From NCBI GenBank assembly GCA_963726455.1, contig CAVSCK010000003.1:352001-416000 (forward strand): a stretch of 64,000 nucleotides of DNA. Reading direction: 5' to 3'. Within the stretch, counting starts at the first letter, position 1; each line of letters opens with the position of its first letter. The notes beneath the pieces are model-generated. The model ran no database searches. It was not told the DNA's origin and was given only the letters and a program-made list of their open reading frames with translations. This DNA is from an uncultured bacterium (GTDB lineage Bacteria; Zixibacteria; MSB-5A5; CAIYYT01). Shown piece after piece: positions 50,996 to 61,127 of this stretch. Position numbers and translations under genes: made by a program.

Positions 50996-51042
50996 CACGC
51001 TATAATACTCCGCGTGTAGCACATTGTTGCGGCGGTTCGTAA
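50992..51042 (+). CDS. Putative 16-aa micropeptide MTRYNTPRVAHCCGGS
   Basis: AAGGAG SD inside the ArsR 3' end, ATGA start/stop overlap, TAA at 51040-51042. Confidence 0.4.
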   Translation: MTRYNTPRVAHCCGGS

Positions 51043-51218
51043 TCTGCGTCCCGGGCATGACGTAAAAAGGCCCAGTGAATAGAATACGCCGTCGGGATGC
51101 AAGTCCCGGCGGCGTTTGTTGTATAAGTGCCGCATGAAACCCACCGCAAGCGGATGGGGCACCCAGCGATGCTGAATAAATGTCATCTTGAAAAACGCCC
51201 ACCAGGGGCTAGACTACA

Positions 51219-51629
51219 TTAGAACTGTCTACGGAACGATTCCTTGTCGAGCGATTCCGAGTATGTAGCGAAGTGTGACTTGGCATCGCGCGGTTTCTTG
51301 AGGCGCAGGCGATCCTTGCCGAAAACGCGTGAAATCAGGCCGATCGGTGTGACCACCAGATAGAAGATTATCGCCAGGATAATCGGCGAGACTATGCGGC
51401 CGAGGATGTAGGTCAGGGCCATCCAGAGCAGGTAGATTGTCTTGCCAATAGGTGGGATGAAATAGCAAGAGAGACTCGCGATCAGGCCGCTGCCGATGAA
51501 CCAGCCGGCAAGGCGATATTTGCTTCCGAGTAAGAGGATCAATGACGCCAGGGTGAAAGCGATCAGCATGGTGACGGCAAAGTAGCGCAGGTCGCGGCGG
51601 GTCGGATGCCAGTTGATGCGGCCTAACAT
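51219..51629 (-). CDS. SxtJ family membrane protein
   Basis: DLRYFA...WMALTYILGRIVSPIILAIIFYLVVTPIGLISRVFGKDRLRL...RQF; directly after the carbamoyltransferase. Confidence 0.88.
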   Translation of the reverse strand: MLGRINWHPTRRDLRYFAVTMLIAFTLASLILLLGSKYRLAGWFIGSGLIASLSCYFIPPIGKTIYLLWMALTYILGRIVSPIILAIIFYLVVTPIGLISRVFGKDRLRLKKPRDAKSHFATYSESLDKESFRRQF

Positions 51630-51630
51630 A

Positions 51631-53454
51631 TCAATCGACTCCGAATTGTTTGCGGTAGTCGTCGGCGCCCGGATATGGCGGTTGGTCGGACTTGTGTAGC
51701 ACGAAATTTTCCAGAACCAACATATCCATATCGGTGAACATGAAACAGCGGTACGCCTCCTGCGGCGTGTTGACAATCGGTTCGCCACGGATGTTGAAAC
51801 TCGTGTTGACGATCACGCTGCAGCCGGTGCTGTCCTTGAAGGCGCGAATGATGTCATAAAAGATGCCGTTGCGTTCACTGGTCACGGTCTGCAAGCGACC
51901 GGAATAGTCAACATGAGTCACGGCGGGAATCGATGACCGGATTGTTTTGAGGCGGTCGATGCCGGTCAGCTCAAGTTCTGAGGCGCTCGGTTGACGGCGA
52001 ATAGATGATTTGATCGGTTCGACCAGCAGCATGTAGGGGCTGTCGCGATCCTGTTCGAAGTAGTCGGCAACATCCTCGCGCAACACAGCGGGCGCAAAGG
52101 GGCGGAACGATTCGCGGAATTTGATTTTGAGATTGAGCTTCGACTGCATCTCGGGCGAGCGGGCATCGGCGAGGATACTGCGGGCACCGAGTGCGCGCGG
52201 TCCGAATTCCATTCTTCCCTGCACGAGGCCGACGACCTTTTGTCCGTCAATCGCCTCGGCAATGATGCCGGGAATATCCGTGAGATCGTGCCGCGTATAT
52301 TTGGCCCCGATGGAATCAAGGAAGGTCTTGATTTCCGACTCGGAGTAGGACGGTCCGAGATAGCTGCCGGATTGGCTGTCGTCCGGTACGGGCGTGCGAT
52401 CATTACCGAGTGCGATATGCCAGGCCGCCAGCGCTGCGCCGATAGCGCCACCGGCATCGCCGGCCGCGGGCTGGATGAAAATCTTGTCGAAGATGCCGGC
52501 GCGTCGAATCACACCGTTGGCGACGGAGTTCAGCGCACAGCCACCGGCAAGGCAGAGATTCTTTTCGCCGGTGATTTCTTTGGCATGACGCGCGAGCTTG
52601 AGCATGATCTGATTGGTGACTTCCTGAATCGAGGCGGCGATATCAAGCTGCTTCTGGTTGAACGGTTCGTCAGGCGCTTTGGGTGGCAGGCCGAACAGAT
52701 CGTGAAATTTGCGTGAGGTCATGCGCAGGCCGCTGCAATAATCGAAGTAGCGCATGTCCATCCAGAGGGAGCCGTCGTCTTTGACATCGACGAGGTTTTC
52801 AGGATCAGATCGACGTATTTCGGTTCGCCATAGGGCGCCAGGCCCATCAGTTTGTATTCGCCGGAGTTGACGGTGAATCCGAGATAGTAGGTGAAGGCCG
52901 AGTAGAGCAGGCCGAGCGAATGGGGGAAACGAATTTCTTTGAGAATTTCGATGCGCACTGCCCTCTGCCCTGCCAATGGTCGTGGTGCTCCATTCGCCGA
53001 CACCGTCGAGCAGTCACGAATCGCCGCCCGCTCAAACGGCGAAGGATAGAATGACGAAGCCGCATGCGACAGATGATGCTGGGAGAACAGAATCCCGCCG
53101 CCAAAGCCGTCGCCAAGACCGCGTTTGATCTCACGCGGAATATGCAGCTTGAAATTCAGCCAGAGCGAGAGTGCTTTGGAGAACGAGCGAATGCCGCGCG
53201 GCGCAAAGGCAAAGTAGGTGTCGAGCAGGCGTTCGAAGGTCAGCAGCGGTTTGTCATAGTAACAGACGATGTCGATCTGATCGGCGGTGATGCCGGCGAA
53301 CTCGAGACAAAACCTGATTGCATGTTGCGGGAAAGCGGGCATCATGTTTGACGCGGCTGAAACGTTCCTCCTGCGCTGCGGCAATGATCTTGCCGTCGCG
53401 ACACAATGCCGCCGCGGAGTCATGGTAGAATGCGGAGATGCCGAGGATGTACAT
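51631..53454 (-). CDS. Carbamoyltransferase (NodU/CmcH/SxtI family); several single-base indels
   Basis: ILGISAFYHDSAA, AAAQEERFSR, HHLSHAASSF, DGVGEW (after correction), PHSLGLLYS, GEYKLMGLAPYG, AGGCALN, PAAGDAG, EFGPRALG, KFRESFRPFAP, NTSFN. Confidence 0.93.
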
Positions 53455-53497
53455 ACCGACAATAATAGACGCTGCGACGCCGAAGTTGTCCAGCAAT

Positions 53498-53528
53498 AAA
53501 AAAGGTGTTCAGCTCAACCTGAACACCT
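53498..53528 (-). terminator. Intrinsic terminator after HU gene
   Basis: AGGTGTTCAG-N6-CTGAACACCT stem plus U tract on the minus strand. Confidence 0.85.
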
Positions 53529-53559
53529 CGAAATTACGACAATGCAAGAAATGTCCGAA

Positions 53560-53860
53560 TTACTTCTTCGGCGGAATGATCGCGTCCTTGCAGGCTTTGG
53601 CGACACGGAATTTCACCACGGTCTTGGCCGGAATCTTGATCGCTTCGCCGGTCTGCGGATTGCGTCCCATGCGCGCCTTGCGGTTGGCTTTCACCAGTTT
53701 GCCGAAACCGGGCAGCGTGAACTCGCCGGCCTTCTTGGCTTCAGTGACGGCGGTCATGTGCAGAGTGTCGAAGAATTTGTTGACTTGGACTTTGGTCAAG
53801 TCCGGTCTTGTCGGACATCGCGGTGACAAGCTGTGATTTGGTCAGCGGCTTGTTTGCCAT
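53560..53860 (-). CDS. HU family DNA-binding protein; +1 frameshift near 53798
   Basis: GGGAGG RBS; MANKPLTKSQLVTAMSDKTGL|TKVQV...FTLPGFGKLV...RMGRNPQTGEAIKIPAKTVVKFR. Confidence 0.92.
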
Positions 53861-54251
53861 GGTTTCCTCCCACGGTTTAAGTTTAGCCAGTCTTTACAAG
53901 GGCGAAAACTGCCTAACATTCATTTCACCCTGTATTTACAATGTCTTGCGCGTAGTTAATACGTTGCTTTTAAAACGGTTGGCAATATAAAAATCAAAGA
54001 AACATGACTGTTTTTTCAAATTTTTTTGGGGTAGACCCCCCCGGAGACCGCTTAAATAGCGGTTCGGGCGGTCAAACCGAGAGGGTGGGTAGACTTTACG
54101 AGTTTACCGACCCGTATCCGACCCTTGTGTTTATTGGGCAGAACGCGATTTGAGAGGCCGGCTACCGACCTCGCATTTGCCTTTGTCAAAAGGTAGCGGA
54201 AACGATAGATTGTTCCCCCGATGGTCGTAAGAGAATGAGGATTGGGTAACG

Positions 54252-55916
54252 ATGTTTTGGAATTATCCGGTTGCAGTCTGGTTTTACCTGGCCGCAGGGC
54301 TGGTTTTGGCCGTTGGAGTACTGCCCCGCTATTTTGATGCGGTCATCAAGTCGCGACTGTTCTGGTTGGTTGGCGCCGCGCTTTTCGTCGCGGGAATGCT
54401 GCTCTTGCCGGCGAAAAACTATCTGCTGGGCGACGGCCTGACCCATCTGGCAAACCCGGCGCGTGTGTTTTCCGCCACTGAACCGCTGGAGGTCTTCCTG
54501 CATCACGTCGTGTATCTGGTGCTGGGAAGTTCAACAGTCAGTTATTGGTCGGTGGCGTTTGTGGCTGGGTTGTTCTACTTGCTGGGAGTCTACCTAATCA
54601 GCCGGCTGGGTGAGACCACCCTTGAGAGAAGTATCATTGCGCTGGCTTTTATCTGCCTGGGGACGGTGCAATTCTATCTGGGATACGTCGAGCACTACAC
54701 GCTGTTGAACCTGTTCGCTCTTTATTATCTGTATTTCGCATGGCGGGAGATGAAGCGGGAGTCCGTCTCGCTGGCGCCGCTCTTGTTCTTTGTACTGGCG
54801 TTCGTGTCGCATTTGTCGGCGATCGTGCTGCTGCCTTCGCTGTTCTATCTGTACTGGCCGAGATTCAAGAAATGGCTGTTTGTAATTGCCGTGCCCATCG
54901 TGGCAGCGGGCGTCGTAGCTGCAATAGCAGTGAACATCAGGCAGATCATGGTGCCGCTGAGCGCGAATGATTTCTCGACTTATTCGCTGCTGTCGGGAGC
55001 GCATCTGGTCGACCTGGTGCGGCTCTTGATACTCGTGTCGCCGGCGTTCTTTTTGACATTCTGGAAGCCACGCTGCAACCGGACGCTGATATTCACGCTA
55101 CTCGCGTTGGCGGGCGCGTTGGCATTTACGATATTGGTTGACCCCAAAATCGGAGCGTTTCGCGACTGGGATTTGCTGTCAGTGTTTGCGGTTCCGCTGG
55201 CGGCGCTGGTGGCACTTCAGGTGCCGAGGTATCGACTGACGGCTGTTATTCTGCTGATCCTTATTGTCGTCCGCATCGTGCCCTGGCTGGAGTTCAACAG
55301 CAAACAACAGAATGAATTCGTCGAACGGGTGGTGTTGGCCGACCCACATTATAGTGAGCAGTACGACAAGGGGCAGCGGCTGGTAAGCTGGGGTTTGCTG
55401 CTATACAAACTTGGAGATTACCGGGGAGCGGAGACGGCCTGGAAACAGAAGTTGCAGTATACGCCGAATCATGAGAACACACTGGCGATGCTCGCGCCGC
55501 TGGAGTACAAGATGGGGAATCTCCCCGAGTCGTACCAGGCATACTTGCGGCTCTTGGGAATCGATCCGAACAATGCGGAATATCGGTATCATGTGGTCTA
55601 TATGATGTTTCGGATCAACGACTATAATTCTGCCATGAGTATGATGCTGAGTTCGCCGCCCGAGTTTGTCAACAATGTGAACAGCCAGCGCTTACTGGCG
55701 GGTATTGTCGGCGCGATGGGAGACCACGAGCGTGCCGTCCAAATTCTTGAGTCAGCCCCCGGAACCGATTCGGACGGGTATCTTCCCTATATGCTGGCGA
55801 AGAGTTGTCTGGCGGCCGGCAGGATCGATTTGGCACGGTCTCTGATTGGCCGAGCAATGGAACTGGATCCAACCAACCTGACGTATCAAAAACTCGCAGA
55901 CAACATTCCAGAGTAA
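54252..55916 (+). CDS. Polytopic membrane protein with C-terminal TPRs (GT-C-like), paralog A
   Basis: About 11 TM; LLGDG loop, GYVEHY, SHLSA, DPKIGAFRDWDLLS; TPR tail. Confidence 0.6.
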   Translation: MFWNYPVAVWFYLAAGLVLAVGVLPRYFDAVIKSRLFWLVGAALFVAGMLLLPAKNYLLGDGLTHLANPARVFSATEPLEVFLHHVVYLVLGSSTVSYWSVAFVAGLFYLLGVYLISRLGETTLERSIIALAFICLGTVQFYLGYVEHYTLLNLFALYYLYFAWREMKRESVSLAPLLFFVLAFVSHLSAIVLLPSLFYLYWPRFKKWLFVIAVPIVAAGVVAAIAVNIRQIMVPLSANDFSTYSLLSGAHLVDLVRLLILVSPAFFLTFWKPRCNRTLIFTLLALAGALAFTILVDPKIGAFRDWDLLSVFAVPLAALVALQVPRYRLTAVILLILIVVRIVPWLEFNSKQQNEFVERVVLADPHYSEQYDKGQRLVSWGLLLYKLGDYRGAETAWKQKLQYTPNHENTLAMLAPLEYKMGNLPESYQAYLRLLGIDPNNAEYRYHVVYMMFRINDYNSAMSMMLSSPPEFVNNVNSQRLLAGIVGAMGDHERAVQILESAPGTDSDGYLPYMLAKSCLAAGRIDLARSLIGRAMELDPTNLTYQKLADNIPE

Positions 55917-56025
55917 TGTTCTTACACGCCTGGCGGCGCTTGGAACCACTTGCAAATGCGTTTGGAGAACTGTCGGAGAGCGGGTAGATTAACCAGTTGA
56001 TGGGCCGCAAACGTACGGAAGTTCA

Positions 56026-57696
56026 ATGATGTTCTGGAATTATCCGGTAGCGATTCCGTTCTATCTGATTGTGGCAGTGCTCCTGCTTGCCGCATTTGTC
56101 CCACGTTATGTCGAATTCGCTGTCAAGTCCAGGGTCTTCTGGATTTCGGGTGCACTTCTATTCACCGTGGGAATGTTGCTGCTGCCGTCGCGAAATCACC
56201 TGATGGGTGATGGCATGCAAAGATTGGCGGATGAGAGCCGGACAATCATGTACACGGAGCCGCTCGACACGCTGTTGCATCGATTAGTCTATTTGATCGT
56301 GGGCTCATCGCTCTGGAGCTTCCGGATCGTCGGGTTTGTAACGGGACTGTTTTACCTGAACGGAATTCGTCTGTTGAGGCGGCTCGGAACGAGCCCAATC
56401 GAGAAGGCGATCATTGCGCTGTCATTCATCTGCACGGCGACAATTCAGTTCTATTTCGGGTATGTGGAGAGCTACGGGCTGGCGAATCTGTTCATTCTGT
56501 ACTACATGTACTTCGGGTGGAAGTGCGTGGCCGAAGACCGGATCACGGCGGCGCCGGCTCTGTTTTTCGTGCTGGCGACTCTGTCACATATTTCTGCGGC
56601 GGCTGTATTTCCGTCATTGGTCTATCTCTACAAGGACAGGTTTCGGCTGACAGTAAGGATCGCGGTGCCGCTGATTGTCTTCAGCGTAGCAACAGTGTTT
56701 GTAACTGGACAGTATTGGAAGCACTTGGTCGTGCTGATGCCGAATGAATGGTCGGCATACTCATTGTTTTCGGGAGCGCATTGGCGAGATCTGTTGAGTG
56801 TGCTGTTGATCGTATCGCCAGCGTTCTACTTCGCATTTTTCGGCAAGCGTCATGACAAAATAACGATTTTCGCTATTGTTGGCCTGGCAGGGACATTGTT
56901 GTTCTACATCCTGATCGACCCAGTCCTGGGGGCGGTCCGTGACTGGGACATGTTGTCCCTTCTTGCGCTTCCCCTTGCCGCAGTGATTGCCTTACGAACG
57001 CCTCGCAAGGCGATTGTCGTGGTCATTTTGGCGGCAACAATCGCAGGGCGAATTGTGCCCTGGCTGATATTCAATAGTCAATTGCAGACCGAGTATCTCA
57101 AAGGCGTACTTGCGAAGGATATTCATTATTCGGCGCAGTTTGCTCATGGCGAACGACTTGACAGTTGGGGCTACTGGTTAAGCGAATGCGGCGACGACAA
57201 AGGAGCAGAGGACGCATGGAAAGCGCGGCTGGCAATAGATCCCAATTGGGTCAATACGTGGACAATGTTGGGCCGACTGCAACGTAAGGAGCGCGAATAT
57301 CCCGATGCGCTTCGGACATATGCCCGACTAATGTTGCTGGAGCCGGAAAACCAGATGAATCGATATTACACAGTGTATCTGCTCTTTCGGATGGGGGTGT
57401 ACGATCGAGCACAACAACTGCTTGCGGACGGCCCGGAGGATTTTCGAAAGGACACAAGTGTGGAGCGGCTGCGAGCCGGTATACTGGGCGCGACCGGACA
57501 TGACGAGGAAGCGGTGGCCCTAATCGAAAAGGACTCAGTGGAGGATTATGATGGTTACCTCCCTTACACGCTGGCAAGAAGCTGCCTCAAAGTCGGGAAA
57601 ATTGATCTGGCGCGACGACTTATCGATCGGGCGGTCGAACTTGATTCCGCCAACTTCCAGTATCGCGAGCTGTGGAACGAAATCGGGCAAAGATAG
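56026..57696 (+). CDS. Polytopic membrane protein with C-terminal TPRs (GT-C-like), paralog B
   Basis: Colinear with paralog A: MFWNYPVA, LMGDG, GYVESY, SHISA, DPVLGAVRDWDMLS, DGYLPY..A..CL..G.IDLAR.LI.RA.ELD. Confidence 0.6.
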   Translation: MMFWNYPVAIPFYLIVAVLLLAAFVPRYVEFAVKSRVFWISGALLFTVGMLLLPSRNHLMGDGMQRLADESRTIMYTEPLDTLLHRLVYLIVGSSLWSFRIVGFVTGLFYLNGIRLLRRLGTSPIEKAIIALSFICTATIQFYFGYVESYGLANLFILYYMYFGWKCVAEDRITAAPALFFVLATLSHISAAAVFPSLVYLYKDRFRLTVRIAVPLIVFSVATVFVTGQYWKHLVVLMPNEWSAYSLFSGAHWRDLLSVLLIVSPAFYFAFFGKRHDKITIFAIVGLAGTLLFYILIDPVLGAVRDWDMLSLLALPLAAVIALRTPRKAIVVVILAATIAGRIVPWLIFNSQLQTEYLKGVLAKDIHYSAQFAHGERLDSWGYWLSECGDDKGAEDAWKARLAIDPNWVNTWTMLGRLQRKEREYPDALRTYARLMLLEPENQMNRYYTVYLLFRMGVYDRAQQLLADGPEDFRKDTSVERLRAGILGATGHDEEAVALIEKDSVEDYDGYLPYTLARSCLKVGKIDLARRLIDRAVELDSANFQYRELWNEIGQR

Positions 57697-57740
57697 CCAA
57701 ACCTTGACATCCAGCAAAGGAGGCGCTTAGATTAGAGCGT

Positions 57741-58742
57741 ATGCCGGCGAATTTAACCCCACCATATAAAGCCGCCGAACAGCGCTATCGGGAGGCGACC
57801 GACGATGCTGCACGCCTGGAAGCTCTCAATGAGATGATGCAGGTCATCCCTAAGCATAAGGGGACGGAGAAACTGCAGGCAGAGATCAAGGCCAAGATAG
57901 CCAAGATCAAGAAAGGGGCGCAGGCAAAACCGGCAGGGGCAAAGGCCAAGTCACTCGATAACATTCCACGAGAGGGCGCCGCACAGATTCCGCTGGTGGG
58001 CCCGCCGAACAGCGGCAAGTCGCAGTTTCTGGCGGCTGTCTCGCACGCGCACCCGGAAATCGCCGATTATCCGTTTACGACACGGGCTCCGGTGGCGGGA
58101 ATGATGCCTTGGGAAAACATCAAGTTTCAGTTGATTGACTTGCCGCCGATCTCAGACAGTCATTTGAGGGCTGGATGACTTCGCTGCTGTTTCGCGCCGA
58201 TGCCATGTTTCTGTTCGCCGATCTGTCCTCTGATGACCTGCTGGATAGACCTGGAGCATTCGCTCAATCTCTTAAGGGAGCATCGGATATTACTGACTCA
58301 TCCCGATTTCGAGGTGAGCGAAGAGGATTACTCGCTGGATGAGGTTTCCAAGCGAACGTTCCTGATCGCCAACAAGGTTGATCTGGATGAGGACGGAATT
58401 CGGCTGGACTTTCTCAAACAGGCGTTTGGGGACAAGTATCCAATATATCCAGTCAATGCCACCACCGGCGACGGAGTAGCGTGTCTGGAAGCCGATCTGT
58501 TTCATTCGCTGAAACTGCTGCGTGTTTACACCAAGACGCCGGGGCATCCGGCAGATATGGGTGACCCGATTATCCTGTCGACGCCGGCGACGGTGGAACA
58601 TGCCGCCTTCAAGATTCACAAGGATTTCGCTCAGCGTCTGGCGTTCGCCAAGATTTGGGGTAAAGGCAAATTCGACGGATCGCACGTACATAACGATTTT
58701 CATTTGTCGGATGGCGATATATTGGAGTTTCATCTAAAGTAG
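57741..58742 (+). CDS. DRG/Obg-family GTPase with TGS domain; compensating indels ~58165 and ~58247
   Basis: MPANL, IPKHKGTEKL, GPPNSGKS, DYPFTT, IDLPP, ANKVD, RVYTK.PG, IHKDF...AKIWG...L.DGDILE. Confidence 0.88.
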
Positions 58743-58843
58743 ATCGTATTTCGTATTTCCCGCAGTTTTTCTTGCAAATCAAATACAGTTTTAGTAAAGC
58801 ATTCCCCGGTCTAATCATTTGGAGACTCTGGGAAGGAAGGTAA

Positions 58844-59916
58844 ATGATGTTTCGACTGATTATGATTGTTCCGATAATATTATCCCTGTCAATCGCGATA
58901 GCACAGAATACTGAGAAGGCATCACCACCGAAGAGCGCGGATTCGACAACGAATTGGCGTGCACAGGAAAAGCATCTTAAAAATGTCAAGAAACTGACCT
59001 CGGGCGGCGAAAATGCCGAGGCGTATTTTTCCTCCAAGGCGGACATGCTGATCTATCAGTCGACACATGCTCCCTACCAATGTGATCAGATCTTCATGAT
59101 GAACTCCGATGGCTCCAACAAACATCTCGTTTCGACGGGAAAGGGCAGGACGACGTGTGCCTTCATCGCTCCGGATTATCAGAGGATTATTTATGCATCG
59201 ACGCACGCCGCCGACACGGCCTGTCCACCGAAACCGGACTATTCCAAAGGTTATGTTTGGGCGTTGTACGAGTATGACGTTTACTCTGCAAAGCCCGACG
59301 GCTCTGACTTGAAAAACCTTACAAATTCGCCGGGTTATGACGCCGAGGCCGTTTATTCTCCCGACGGTACGCGGATCGTGTTCACTTCGATGCGCACTGG
59401 GGATCTGGAAATCTATTCAATGAAGCCGGATGGTTCCGATGTCAAGCAATTGACACACGCGCTGGGCTATGACGGCGGGCCGTTCTTCTCGGCCGACGGC
59501 AAGCAGATTGTCTATCGGGCGTCACGTCCCGAAGACGGCGAAGGACAGCACCGATTATCTGGATTTACTCAAGCAGAATCTGGTGCGGCCGTCGAAGCTT
59601 GAAATCTACATTATGAACGCCGACGGCTCCAACAGCAGACAGATTACCAATCTCAATTGCGGCAGTTTTGCACCGTATCTTCGTCCTGACGGCAAGAAGC
59701 TGGTATTCTGCACCAACTACGGCGGCTCGATGCGCGATTTCGACATTTACCTGATAAACGTCGACGGCACGGGCCTGGAGCGGGTTACGTTCAATCCGAC
59801 ATTTGACGGTTTCCCGATGTGGTCGCATGGACGGCAAGAAATTCGTGTTCTGTTCGAACCGCGACGATTCACAGCCGGGTGAGACGAACGTGTTTATCGC
59901 CGATTGGGTGGATTAG
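58844..59916 (+). CDS. Exported TolB-like (PD40) beta-propeller; +1 frameshifts ~59531 and ~59829
   Basis: Signal peptide; GGENAEAYFS, CDQIF, GRTTC, GYDAEA, GYDGGPFFS, FDGFPM, ends ETNVFIADWVD*. Confidence 0.85.
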
Positions 59917-59987
59917 CAGCCGGAACAGGACTGGGCACTGTCGCAGATTCCGCTTGAGTATCGACCGGGTGAGCATATATTGCCGCC

Positions 59988-60168
59988 GTGGACGTAAAGG
60001 AAAGCTTCCGCGAGAACACTTCATTGCTGGCTGAATTCTGGCGCTTCATCCGCTATCGCAAGCGTTACTGGTTGCTGCCGTTCTTCCTGATCATCTTTCT
60101 TGCTGGCGGTCTTTATCGTCCTTACTGAGAGCAGCGCGTTTGCGCCTTTTATCTATTCACTTTTCTAA
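59988..60168 (+). CDS. DUF5989 (SxtK-like) small membrane protein; +1 frameshift ~60102
   Basis: Not in ORF track. Corrected translation MDVKESFRENTSLLAEFWRFIRYRKRYWLLPFFLIIFL|LAVFIVLTESSAFAPFIYSLF*. Confidence 0.8.
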
Positions 60169-60187
60169 ACCAGGCAGGCAGGAGAGC

Positions 60188-61081
60188 ATGAAAGTATCCA
60201 GAATAATCATTGCAGTTGTCATCACTCTGGCCCTACTCGCGGTGGCGCGGCGGGCATCGCAACGCCAGGTTCCCAATGTAACCGAAACTACGACTTACGG
60301 AGAACTCACTCTCAGCCATACCTGCAAGCATGTTGACAAAGGCGACCAGACGCCGGCCGTTCTGGATGTCAACGTTGCCGGCGGCCTGCTTCCTGAAAAC
60401 ACGACGGTGGCTCTGTACTACACTCCTCGTGTCCTTGATGAAGGCGCTCCTGCAACACCGGTGCGAGTGGAGGCCGTGACTGTTCCCGGGCGCGAACTTG
60501 TGTATCGGGTGACAATACCAAATCAGGGCCGCGGCAAGGAATACAGCTATTGGTTCCAGCTTGAGAGCAATGACGGCCGAATTCTGGCGGCCGTGCCGAC
60601 GGGTTCCTCGCAGGAAAAGCCGGGCAGGTTCTGGTTCCGGTTTGAGGGGAAGCGCTCGGTGCCGCTGTTAGTTACGCATATCGCACTTATGTTCGGCGCA
60701 TTCCTGCTGATGGTAATGGTATTCATGACCGCGATCGAAGACACGAAACATGATTCGGTCAAGCTGCGACTGGGCAAGTTGACGCGCTGGGCAACGATCG
60801 TGCTGTTCATCGGTTCATTTCCGATCGGCATCTGGCTGGAGTATCAGGTCTACGCGACCTATTGGACGGGCATTCCGTTTGGCACCGACAAGACCGACAC
60901 CAAGACGCTGTTGATCTTCATCTATTGGGTGGTCCTACTCCTGTTGCTCAAGGGCTCGGCGTTTCGTTCGGACCCGAAACAGGATGTGGTCGGGCCGGCG
61001 GCAGCACGTTGGGCCGCAATTATTGGCGTGTTATTTTCGCTGGCGATGTATTTGATTCCACATAGTTCAGGCAATTTCTAG
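60188..61081 (+). CDS. Hypothetical membrane protein (N-terminal anchor, soluble beta domain, 4 C-terminal TM)
   Basis: AGGAG upstream of ATG 60188; H-containing TM, WTGIPFGTDKTDTKTL loop, C-terminal LIPHS. Confidence 0.65.
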   Translation: MKVSRIIIAVVITLALLAVARRASQRQVPNVTETTTYGELTLSHTCKHVDKGDQTPAVLDVNVAGGLLPENTTVALYYTPRVLDEGAPATPVRVEAVTVPGRELVYRVTIPNQGRGKEYSYWFQLESNDGRILAAVPTGSSQEKPGRFWFRFEGKRSVPLLVTHIALMFGAFLLMVMVFMTAIEDTKHDSVKLRLGKLTRWATIVLFIGSFPIGIWLEYQVYATYWTGIPFGTDKTDTKTLLIFIYWVVLLLLLKGSAFRSDPKQDVVGPAAARWAAIIGVLFSLAMYLIPHSSGNF

Positions 61082-61127
61082 TGAATCCGGGTGTCAGTGC
61101 GGCTCCGGGTGACCGCCTGAGCCGAGA

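Noticed and set aside
51219-60168. Saxitoxin biosynthesis cluster
   Set aside because: Only sxtI/J/K-like families are present; no sxtA, sxtG or other pathway genes.
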